DNA of 64,000 nt from a virus, in IMG/VR virus record IMGVR_UViG_3300044972_000601, positions 44,206 through 108,205 of that record; one strand, given 5' to 3'. Of the stretch, positions 19,268 through 27,451 are shown in pieces; position 1 is the first letter of the stretch; every line of letters begins with the position of its first letter. Both the position numbers and the translations under genes were made by a program. The notes under the pieces are model-generated. The model was not told the DNA's origin, did not search any database, and saw nothing but the letters and a program-made list of their open reading frames with translations.

Positions 19268-19885
19268 TTAAAATACTCTAGAATTTAATATATCATCTGC
19301 ATTTCCAGTGCATCCTTTCCAGAATGTATTAAATGCAATAGTCCTACGTGCTGTATCTAGTTGTGCAGGAAAAACTTGATGTCCAACATTTGACAATATC
19401 AGTAGCAAATGATTTTTAAGATTATCTTCGGAGCCAGCTAAATCTCTAATTGTTGCTTGTATTTGCTTTTTATACAAATAACAAGGAATCTCTTGGGAAC
19501 TAGTATTCATAGCAAAATTTAAATTATCAGGATTATCGTCTAAGTATAATACACCACTGACAACGCTAAATGGGTGTGCGTGGTCTTGATGGCTACCGCC
19601 TTGCGTGGATCTATTAGCCCACGAGTTAGTAATTTCTATTTTTTCAAATAGATTAACATTGTATGCATTTCTTAAATAGTCCTCGCATTCCTTCTCTAAT
19701 GCTTCCTTAATTTCTTTAAATTCAGGTCTATTAAATAAATCTCGATTGATACTTATTTCATTATGTAGATTTTTTGTAAATTCAAGTTTGTCAAACTCTG
19801 ATCTGATGAGATCAAAATCAATCTCATCAGACAAGTCTTTAATTAAAATTAAATTAGTTGACAAATTAAAAAAACTATTCATCAA
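19268..19885 (-). CDS. 2OG-Fe(II) oxygenase (TIGR02466-like)
   Basis: SWAN......H..HAHP.SVVSGVLYL ... HQV ... RRTIAFN. Confidence 0.8.
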   Translation of the reverse strand: MMNSFFNLSTNLILIKDLSDEIDFDLIRSEFDKLEFTKNLHNEISINRDLFNRPEFKEIKEALEKECEDYLRNAYNVNLFEKIEITNSWANRSTQGGSHQDHAHPFSVVSGVLYLDDNPDNLNFAMNTSSQEIPCYLYKKQIQATIRDLAGSEDNLKNHLLLILSNVGHQVFPAQLDTARRTIAFNTFWKGCTGNADDILNSRVF

Positions 19886-21594
19886 ACTTCCTGCAATTCA
19901 TTCTTCGTTAACAATTTTCCAATTTCAGGCAACCATAAGTATTTCATGCTAGAGCGATTCAAAGTGTCTAATGCTTCGCTTATTTTTTCAACTAGCGGAT
20001 CTCCTGCCAAGTTAAAACTAGTATTGAACAAAATAGGTACACCTTTAATTTTATTAAACTCGCTGATCAAGTTATAATAGTGAGGATTCTGCTCTTGTGT
20101 AACTGTTTGCACACGACAAGTACCGTCTACGTGTGTAATTGCTGGAATCTTATCACGTTTGTCTGCTAGTACGTCAACAGCATACATCATACTAGGACTT
20201 TCTTTCCTACCTGCAAGGTCAAACCAGTCTAATGCGTGTTCTGCTAAACATGATCCAGCAAATGGACGGAACCATTCTCTGTTTTTAACTAGATTAACAA
20301 TGTCTTTACCGTCAGGCACAGTTGGGTCAAATAAAATACTTCTGTTACCCAGTGCTCGTGGGCCTGCTTCGCTACGTCCTTGGAACAATGTAACAATATT
20401 ACCGTCTGCAATAAGTTTAGCTACATCACTAGCAGTAGTACCTTCAACGGTAAATCCGTCAAAGTTTGCGGCTGCATATTCTCCGGATCTATCTGGACCA
20501 ATGTACAACGATGTCAATGGTGTTGGCTCGTTGTTACCTGTAATTTTCCTATAAACATACTGGCATGCACCCATAACTGTGCCGCCATCGTGACTAACTG
20601 GTTCGTGATAAAATTCAACATCTGGGAATTCTTTCAAAAATTCGTAGTTTGCAACGCAGTTTAAAACATAACCGCCGGCCATTACAATTTTCTTTTTACC
20701 TGTAATTTCGATAGTCTGTTTGATCAACGCAATTACCCGCTCTTCTGTAGATTTTTGTACAGCATAAGCTAGATCTTTTTGAAGATCGTTAATTGCAGAT
20801 TCATCCTTATGCCACGATGCATCACTTTCGTGCTCTTTTAACTCGGGATTTAAATCGCATCGAATTACATTGCCTGCTGGAAACTTAGGTTTAATCAAGT
20901 TACGATTGTTAAATTTACCTTCATGAATTTTAATACTATCATTTGGTTTACCGTAAGGTGCAATGCCCATAGTTTTGCCAGCTTCAATAGCATGGAATCC
21001 TAAGTATTGTGTTACAGCTTCGTAACTCTTTGTAATACCATGGCCGTCAGACATTTCAATATATGTATCGTTGTCGGTTAGGCTGAAACTATCTACTAAA
21101 TTAGTGCCGTAATGCACTAGATGTTTGGTAATTTCTGCTGGGTATGACAAACTCCAGATAGATTCTACTTCCCACGATTCATGTTTTAAACCTTCCATAT
21201 CAGGCAAGTCTAAACCGCTGCCGGCGCCGTCGATAACAATAGCTGCGGCATCGTCGAATCCTGAATTATAAAATGCACAAACTGCATGAGTCATGTGATG
21301 ATCATCACCTAACTTAATAGTTTCCATCTTATGCCCAGGTTGTTTCTTTCTTACATAACAGGTATATGCATCTTCGGCTGTCCAAGGAACTTGTCCAAAC
21401 GCATTTCTAGTCCCGCATAAAATTAAGAAATCAATATGATCAGTATATTTGAATGCTTCTTCCATGCCTAAGAAAGGATTGCCATCGTACTTCATTCTGC
21501 TTAATCGATCTTCTTCGATATAGTATACTAGTTTGTTATCTTCGTACAGCGCACAAGCACCGTTGTGCCCTACATTAATAGCCATTAACCACAT
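19882..21594 (-). CDS. Carbamoyltransferase (NodU/CmcH/TobZ family)
   Basis: EEDRLSRMK, HHMTHA, IDGAG, GKTMG, GG..LNC..N, GPRALGNRSIL, RE.FRPFA, FNTSFNLAG motifs. Confidence 0.93.
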   Translation of the reverse strand: MWLMAINVGHNGACALYEDNKLVYYIEEDRLSRMKYDGNPFLGMEEAFKYTDHIDFLILCGTRNAFGQVPWTAEDAYTCYVRKKQPGHKMETIKLGDDHHMTHAVCAFYNSGFDDAAAIVIDGAGSGLDLPDMEGLKHESWEVESIWSLSYPAEITKHLVHYGTNLVDSFSLTDNDTYIEMSDGHGITKSYEAVTQYLGFHAIEAGKTMGIAPYGKPNDSIKIHEGKFNNRNLIKPKFPAGNVIRCDLNPELKEHESDASWHKDESAINDLQKDLAYAVQKSTEERVIALIKQTIEITGKKKIVMAGGYVLNCVANYEFLKEFPDVEFYHEPVSHDGGTVMGACQYVYRKITGNNEPTPLTSLYIGPDRSGEYAAANFDGFTVEGTTASDVAKLIADGNIVTLFQGRSEAGPRALGNRSILFDPTVPDGKDIVNLVKNREWFRPFAGSCLAEHALDWFDLAGRKESPSMMYAVDVLADKRDKIPAITHVDGTCRVQTVTQEQNPHYYNLISEFNKIKGVPILFNTSFNLAGDPLVEKISEALDTLNRSSMKYLWLPEIGKLLTKNELQEV

Positions 21595-21606
21595 GCTTAG
21601 GTATCC

Positions 21607-22530
21607 TTATTTTGTTGTTTTCTTAATATGTTCTTTGATGCCTGCAATGATAGTTTTTAATTCTTCTTTGCTAAAATCCATCAATGTATCGTTTAATCTA
21701 TCCGCTTCTTCGCTTGCAAATCCAGCAATCCTGATAGGACTATAAACTTTCTTTGCACCTTTCTTTTCAACAATATTGAAATGCTCTGGGAATGAAACAT
21801 TAATGCCAAAAGTGCTTCCTAAGATTACAGTGCCAGGTTTATCAAAAGTATATGCAAGATGCTGTCCTACACTATCGCAACCAATAAAATAGTCGGAGCT
21901 TTCAATGATTGCAGCCCATACCCGCAATGGAACTTGTTCTTGAGGTTGGAACAAAGGCAAGTTTACTACGTCTAGTTTATGTTCACCCATGTAAATCATG
22001 TTATAGTCTTTAGATAGTTCTGCTACAAGTTCCATAAACGTTGCTTGTTCAATACTACGACTGCTTCCGTCATATACAATACCTGGACCCATTTGACTGC
22101 TACGGCCAAACGGCTGAATCACAATTGTTTTTTCTTTCTGATGCTGTTGTTTTACTTGAGTCATTAATCCAACAGCTGCCATTTCTTCGTGTTTGTTTAA
22201 GTTTAGGGTGGGCTTTTGATTTTTATCAGTACGCTCGCCTAAAATATCCCACCAAAAGCTCTGCTGTAAGCTACTTCTCTGGTTGTAGTATTCATGATCT
22301 CTATAAGGTTCTGCACTAACACAGATATTGTCCTTAATAAGATCTTCAAATAACCCCTTGTGGTTAACGTCCCAGGCTTTGGCCTGTAATGTCGGATGTC
22401 CCATGAACATCTCTAGTCCGCCTTCGCAAACAATTCCTGCAAGTTCACCTCTGCTATCTAATTCTTCTAGAGCGGGTATACTTGCTATAACACGGCCTGC
22501 GCCACCATTAATAAAGACAACTTTTTTCAT
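21607..22530 (-). CDS. GT-B glycosyltransferase, GT9/heptosyltransferase-like
   Basis: N-terminal GGAG.V, IVIQPFG, FIGCDSVGQHLA...KPGTVILGST signature. Confidence 0.7.
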   Translation of the reverse strand: MKKVVFINGGAGRVIASIPALEELDSRGELAGIVCEGGLEMFMGHPTLQAKAWDVNHKGLFEDLIKDNICVSAEPYRDHEYYNQRSSLQQSFWWDILGERTDKNQKPTLNLNKHEEMAAVGLMTQVKQQHQKEKTIVIQPFGRSSQMGPGIVYDGSSRSIEQATFMELVAELSKDYNMIYMGEHKLDVVNLPLFQPQEQVPLRVWAAIIESSDYFIGCDSVGQHLAYTFDKPGTVILGSTFGINVSFPEHFNIVEKKGAKKVYSPIRIAGFASEEADRLNDTLMDFSKEELKTIIAGIKEHIKKTTK

Positions 22531-22549
22531 ATGATTCCTATAGTCTGGA

Positions 22550-22557
22550 TATTTATA
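22550..22557 (-). promoter_or_regulatory. Late promoter TATAAATA driving glycosyltransferase-carbamoyltransferase-oxygenase unit
   Basis: tatttata on + strand, 20 nt upstream of ATG 22530. Confidence 0.7.
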
Positions 22558-22570
22558 CTAGCATATAATA

Positions 22571-23338
22571 CTATACAAGGTTTTCTGATATATAGTCAAG
22601 CAAAATTTTGCCGTATTCTTCGTGAACTATTGCATCAAAGTGGCCGGCCATTCGGCGACGGTCAATATGATTAACACTTCCCCAATTGTAAACTGCTTCT
22701 GAATTCAATTTGTAAAAATTTACACAGCTTGTATCGATAATTTTATAGTCAACTTTATCAACTGTGTTTACGAATATATGCTTGTAACCTTTTGATTTTA
22801 AAAATTCATGTAACGCAATTATTCTAGCTTCCTGTTGGGGACGTTGCAGTTCGTCTGTCCACAAATAATCTACACAAAATGGTACAACATCTTCAACTAC
22901 ACTATGAAGTTTACCCTTGGTCTGGACAACGGTTCCACAAGTTGGGTTGACAAACATTGTACCAAAATCTTTAAATTCTATAGGTGCATGTTCGCTTAAA
23001 AAAATATTGTTAAGATTAAGATTAAAATTTGGTATTTTGCTAAACCAAGCAGTACCATCAACTTCTGTTCTATGCAAACTAGACCAACCAATTATAACAA
23101 ATACATCTTCAGGGTTAGTGCCAGTTTTTTCTAACTCAAGTAGATCAAAGATAGTATTTCTAAAAATAAAATCGTTGGTTGCACCGTTATAAGAATTGTT
23201 TATATAAGTTTCGCAATTTAATCCGGATGCAATAACTTTTGGAAATGCATATTCTTTATTATGTTCTTCTCGGTTGTAATCTTCTATAATCTCCATTCCA
23301 AAGATAAATGAATCGCCGTTTGCATATAGTGTTTTCAT
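22571..23338 (-). CDS. SGNH/GDSL-like hydrolase or acyltransferase
   Basis: LYANGDSFIFG block I, N.SYNGATND block II, IIGWS, C-terminal GHF. Confidence 0.6.
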   Translation of the reverse strand: MKTLYANGDSFIFGMEIIEDYNREEHNKEYAFPKVIASGLNCETYINNSYNGATNDFIFRNTIFDLLELEKTGTNPEDVFVIIGWSSLHRTEVDGTAWFSKIPNFNLNLNNIFLSEHAPIEFKDFGTMFVNPTCGTVVQTKGKLHSVVEDVVPFCVDYLWTDELQRPQQEARIIALHEFLKSKGYKHIFVNTVDKVDYKIIDTSCVNFYKLNSEAVYNWGSVNHIDRRRMAGHFDAIVHEEYGKILLDYISENLV

Positions 23339-23341
23339 GAA

Positions 23342-23459
23342 TTATGTACTGTACGGATACCCAATGTTTGTTTGTTGTTTAGCAACCCATTCAAATTGTT
23401 GCTCCATGTGGCCAGACATAGTTTGTAAGCGAACAACCAAAAGTAAAAAGTCTTGCCAT
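23342..23459 (-). pseudogene. Internally deleted remnant of a second SGNH-like gene
   Basis: ATG 23459 gives MARLFTFGCSLTNYVWP then stops after 22 aa; a different frame carries HMEQQFEWVAKQQTNIGYPYST*. Confidence 0.55.
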
Positions 23460-23536
23460 TATCTGTTATTGAAAGTATATCCTAGACTATATATATGCAA
23501 ACAAAAACTGTTTCGTGCCTAAACTGGAGATTTATC

Positions 23537-24175
23537 ATGTTGAAAAAAATTGTTAATGCATTTAGCGTACCTATATTAGAAACTCAATTTGATAATGTTG
23601 ATGCGTTGAACGTTTCTCTTTATGAAAATATAACTGCTATGTTTTCTGATATGGACGACAAGCGACTTTTGAGTTATGAATGGAACAACTTTGTACTAAC
23701 AGATAATCCAAAACCAGCAACAGGATATAGTTCGTTTAATCATGCAAGTCTAGTAGATAATCCTAATTTTAAAGAGTTCTTTGATATAATTACTCCGTTA
23801 ATCACTGATTTTTTCAAACAACTAAATTTTCCCGAAGCTTCCCCGTTTATCAATAAGTGGAGTTTTGAAAATTCATGGGCAAGTGTATATCCGGAAGGTG
23901 CATGGGTTCCTAGTCATAATCACGGTAGCAGTCACTGGAGTGGTGTCTACTATGTAAAAGCAGATCCTGCATGTGGTGATTTAATATTCTCGGATCCTAA
24001 AGAATATTCGTTAAGCAACGAACCTGCAAACACTAAATGGCGTGGCAATAATCGCCATATAATGGGAGCAATTCCGGGCAAGATGTATGTTTTTCCTGGG
24101 TATGTCAAACATGAATCACATCCTAATATGTCCGGCGAAGATCGAGTTATTATCAGTTTCAATATTAAAGCATGA
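23537..24175 (+). CDS. 2OG-Fe(II) oxygenase (TIGR02466-like)
   Basis: SWAS......W.PSHNH..SHWSGVYYV, FPGYVKHES, RVIISFN; start moved to ATG 23537 after GGAG RBS. Confidence 0.85.
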   Translation: MLKKIVNAFSVPILETQFDNVDALNVSLYENITAMFSDMDDKRLLSYEWNNFVLTDNPKPATGYSSFNHASLVDNPNFKEFFDIITPLITDFFKQLNFPEASPFINKWSFENSWASVYPEGAWVPSHNHGSSHWSGVYYVKADPACGDLIFSDPKEYSLSNEPANTKWRGNNRHIMGAIPGKMYVFPGYVKHESHPNMSGEDRVIISFNIKA

Positions 24176-24750
24176 TATACGATCCTAATTTTCCAGAAAT
24201 ACTACAAACAACATTTGCAATAACTGCTGAGACTAGGCAACGGATGATCGATACTGTCTTGTCACAAAAAGATATTGGAAATTATTACGGTGGCTACACG
24301 TTTCGAGTTGTAGATACAGAACAAGGCGATTTTAAAAAACTGTATAACTATACTATCGAATGCACTGAAAAAATATTTGGAAAGTTAATGCTTGCTCCTA
24401 AGAACAGATCTTGGTGTTGGGCAAATGTTTATAACAAAGATAGTTTTAGAACAAACATGCACGAACATAAAGGAACGTGTTCTATCAACGCAATTTATTA
24501 TCTAAAAATACCCGATGACATTGCTAATAATGAAGGCGGATTGTCACTGGTAAAAGATGAAAAACTGTACGGTACATTTCAGCCGGACGAAGGCGATCTT
24601 GTCATAATGCCAAGCTATGTTCCGCACGAGCCGCAGTATCACTCGTCGACTGATTATAGAATAGCAATTAATATGGAGATTGCAACATCTAATCACAGTT
24701 CAAAATACTACACTAAGGAAAACATTTATGCCAACGCCACCATTCTATAA
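24172..24750 (+). CDS. 2OG-Fe(II) oxygenase
   Basis: WANV.......MHEH...INAIYYL, MPSYVPHEP, RIAIN. Confidence 0.8.
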   Translation: MIYDPNFPEILQTTFAITAETRQRMIDTVLSQKDIGNYYGGYTFRVVDTEQGDFKKLYNYTIECTEKIFGKLMLAPKNRSWCWANVYNKDSFRTNMHEHKGTCSINAIYYLKIPDDIANNEGGLSLVKDEKLYGTFQPDEGDLVIMPSYVPHEPQYHSSTDYRIAINMEIATSNHSSKYYTKENIYANATIL

Positions 24751-25270
24751 CCCATCTGTGTACGAACAAATTCGAGTATTATCTAAGCACTTGTTAGAAG
24801 AAGATGTATGTGATAAACTGATTAAAAACTACGATACTGATTTAGAATTAAAAAATCAAGATGGCGACAATAATGTATCTTATAGATCTGTTAAAATAAA
24901 AGATATTGATATTAACGAAATCCCGGGATTACGGGATCAAGTATTATCTGCTAATTTTGAATATTATAGACTCAACGTCAATGCACTTAAATCTGATTGT
25001 TTTTTTGCAAAATATGAAACGGGTATGCATTACCAAGAACTGCATATGGATTGTGTGCCTGGTGATCATCAGCGTAAAATAACTTTTACATTAATGCTGA
25101 ACGACGATTTTGAAGGCGGCCAATTTGAATTGTTAGGCAATACCTATATAGAAAAGGAAAGGGGAAAACTTTTGGTTCTCCCCTCTTTTCTTCCCCATCG
25201 AATCACACAAGTTACATCAGGTGTAAGATATGCAATCTTTGGGTGGTTTTACGGCCCTAACTTTATTTAA
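24728..25270 (+). CDS. 2OG-Fe(II) oxygenase, prolyl-4-hydroxylase-like
   Basis: LHMD...RKITFTLMLNDDFEGG..L, PSFLPHRITQVTSGVRY..FGW; start at ATG 24728 after AAGGA. Confidence 0.85.
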   Translation: MPTPPFYNPSVYEQIRVLSKHLLEEDVCDKLIKNYDTDLELKNQDGDNNVSYRSVKIKDIDINEIPGLRDQVLSANFEYYRLNVNALKSDCFFAKYETGMHYQELHMDCVPGDHQRKITFTLMLNDDFEGGQFELLGNTYIEKERGKLLVLPSFLPHRITQVTSGVRYAIFGWFYGPNFI

Positions 25271-25791
25271 ACTGTAGGAATTTCTACAGGTACTAAAGAT
25301 AGTGGTTTTGCCTGAATCTCCACTGGATCTTTATGCTCGCTAGTTACAGTTCCGCCTGGACCAGTTACTGTTAGAACTACACTAATTACGACTTTTGTTG
25401 CTTGTTTTACAAATTCAATTTCGACAAACTCTTCTTGGCCGTATTCTTCTCCGTTGATAACCCAACTGTAAGTATCCCAAATACCGTTAGGAGTTGCATG
25501 GAATCCCAGTTTGACAGTGTTGCCGTTGTCTTTAACAACGTAGTTAGACCAGTCAGCGAACGGCGGCCCTGGCGGCGGTGTTGGGTTTTCAGCAATGTGC
25601 TCTTCTAACCACTGTCCGCCACTGATCCATTCGTCGTTCTTAAATTTCCAACCTACATTAACATGGTCAGGAACTTGTTCCCAATACCCAGGCAGATCGT
25701 TTTTTGCGATCTGATCTGGATGCCACAGTCCCGAAGGATCTTCGTCATGCGTTTGCATGATTTCATTGTTTACTATTTTTGCCCAAATCAT
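25267..25791 (-). CDS. Fibre-associated chaperone-like protein with PKD-like C-terminus
   Basis: WAKIVN N-terminus, VPDHVNVGWKF, YSW.....V.LTVTGPGG; follows Cys-rich pair. Confidence 0.45.
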   Translation of the reverse strand: MIWAKIVNNEIMQTHDEDPSGLWHPDQIAKNDLPGYWEQVPDHVNVGWKFKNDEWISGGQWLEEHIAENPTPPPGPPFADWSNYVVKDNGNTVKLGFHATPNGIWDTYSWVINGEEYGQEEFVEIEFVKQATKVVISVVLTVTGPGGTVTSEHKDPVEIQAKPLSLVPVEIPTV

Positions 25792-25808
25792 TTATTTCTC
25801 CTGAATTA

Positions 25809-27449
25809 TTAAGCATCTTTCCAATAGATAATAGCCATACCAGTACCAGCATTGCTAATTCTCCAATCTAACTCACATGCAGGGTATGCTAAAGCAGTAA
25901 CTCCGTCGCCGTTGCAAGTGTTAAACGTACTATTACCATAACAAACGCATAAGATATAGTTTCTAAATACGCCGCCACCACCGCCTTTACCTGCTTTTGA
26001 CATCATGGTACAGATTCCTACTCCGCCTGATCCGCCCAATGTTCCTGCACAACTAATAATGTTAGGAAACAACGATTGTGCAAATCTATCTGAGCAACAT
26101 ACCTTACCTGTCAATCCTAGGCAACATACGAATGGCCAATTTACATATAGTGAATTATTATTGTAATGGAACTGTGTAGCACAGCAAACAAATACTACGC
26201 CGCCTGTTCCTGCGCCTTCACCTGCATTTGCTGGACGAGTTGTTTGATCTTCTCGTGTTGCCCACAGAATTGACCCGCACCAGTAGTCATTATCCCTGTG
26301 ATGGCTTCTACCAGCAGAGCCGGATCCGCACATACTGTGAATGTCGTGCCAGCTGTGAACTATTGGATCTTTACTCGGTGGTGTGTACATAGTACACGAC
26401 GCATAATTACCGCAATAGAAGCCGATACAATCCCAATCAATACATCCGCCAACACCTGAGTGGTTATCATAGCCACCCCAACCGCCGTGGCCTTCGATCC
26501 AGAATCCGCAGGTACAATTGGTATTGTACATATTTTGGCATTCACAACAAGTGCAAATTTGCCATTTTGTTCCGCCGCCGCCGCCCGCGCTGTTTGGAAA
26601 ACAGGCATTACGCTGATGCGGCCCGCCTTGCCCGCCTTGGTTTGCTGAGCCGCACATACAACTGCAAGGGCCGCTACGTACATCTTGTCTAAAGGTATAA
26701 CCTACGCCGCCGCCGCCGCCGGCAGTTGCTCCGTGGCCGCCTGATGCGCCGTATATATCAACTGAATTTTGTGCGCCTTGTCCGTTGCCGCCACATAAAT
26801 GTCCCCACCATCCAGCACTTGCACCGCCGGGATAACGTGCATTACAACATTGATCAGAACCGTGGCCTGGAGTTTGGCCAATGCCAACGCCGGCAACAAC
26901 AATACAATACCCGCAGCAAGTTGTTAAAGAAAAACAAATACATGTTCCGCAATAATGGCTGAGAGAACCACCGCAATAGTTACAACCTTTGCCGCCTGTG
27001 CCGCCAATACTATTCCAATCTCCACCAGATGCTGCGCCTGGTGTACAACCGGCTGCTCCGCCGCCGGTTACTGTTCTTGCTACAGCACTTGAGTTAGTGT
27101 AACTTATTGTTGTATCTTGTTCTTGGCGACCAACAACAACCGAAACAACACAGCCTGGGGACACAGTGTCGTAGCGTTCAGCATATCCGCCGCCGCCGCC
27201 TGCATACCCGCAACAAGTTTCTGTACATTTTGGTTTGCCGCCGCCGCCTACTGAAACTACTCGTAAACAAGTAATTCCGGAAGGAACAGTAAATGAATAG
27301 TTACCAGGAGTGTCTAAAATAACTCTATTTTGCCAACAATCGTTGGAACTATAAGAATATTTTTGAGTATTTGACTGATAACAAGTAGTAGATACTGCAA
27401 GCTGACAACTGTTAGCTTGAGAAGTACCAGTGCTTACATAACGTCCCAT
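25809..27449 (-). CDS. Cys/Gly-rich putative fibre-tip protein, paralog B
   Basis: About 48 Cys in 546 aa (hand count); FTVPSG...RVVSVGGGG start and AG.GMAIIYW end typical of phage glycine-rich domains. Confidence 0.6.
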   Translation of the reverse strand: MGRYVSTGTSQANSCQLAVSTTCYQSNTQKYSYSSNDCWQNRVILDTPGNYSFTVPSGITCLRVVSVGGGGKPKCTETCCGYAGGGGGYAERYDTVSPGCVVSVVVGRQEQDTTISYTNSSAVARTVTGGGAAGCTPGAASGGDWNSIGGTGGKGCNYCGGSLSHYCGTCICFSLTTCCGYCIVVAGVGIGQTPGHGSDQCCNARYPGGASAGWWGHLCGGNGQGAQNSVDIYGASGGHGATAGGGGGVGYTFRQDVRSGPCSCMCGSANQGGQGGPHQRNACFPNSAGGGGGTKWQICTCCECQNMYNTNCTCGFWIEGHGGWGGYDNHSGVGGCIDWDCIGFYCGNYASCTMYTPPSKDPIVHSWHDIHSMCGSGSAGRSHHRDNDYWCGSILWATREDQTTRPANAGEGAGTGGVVFVCCATQFHYNNNSLYVNWPFVCCLGLTGKVCCSDRFAQSLFPNIISCAGTLGGSGGVGICTMMSKAGKGGGGGVFRNYILCVCYGNSTFNTCNGDGVTALAYPACELDWRISNAGTGMAIIYWKDA

Positions 27450-27451
27450 TA

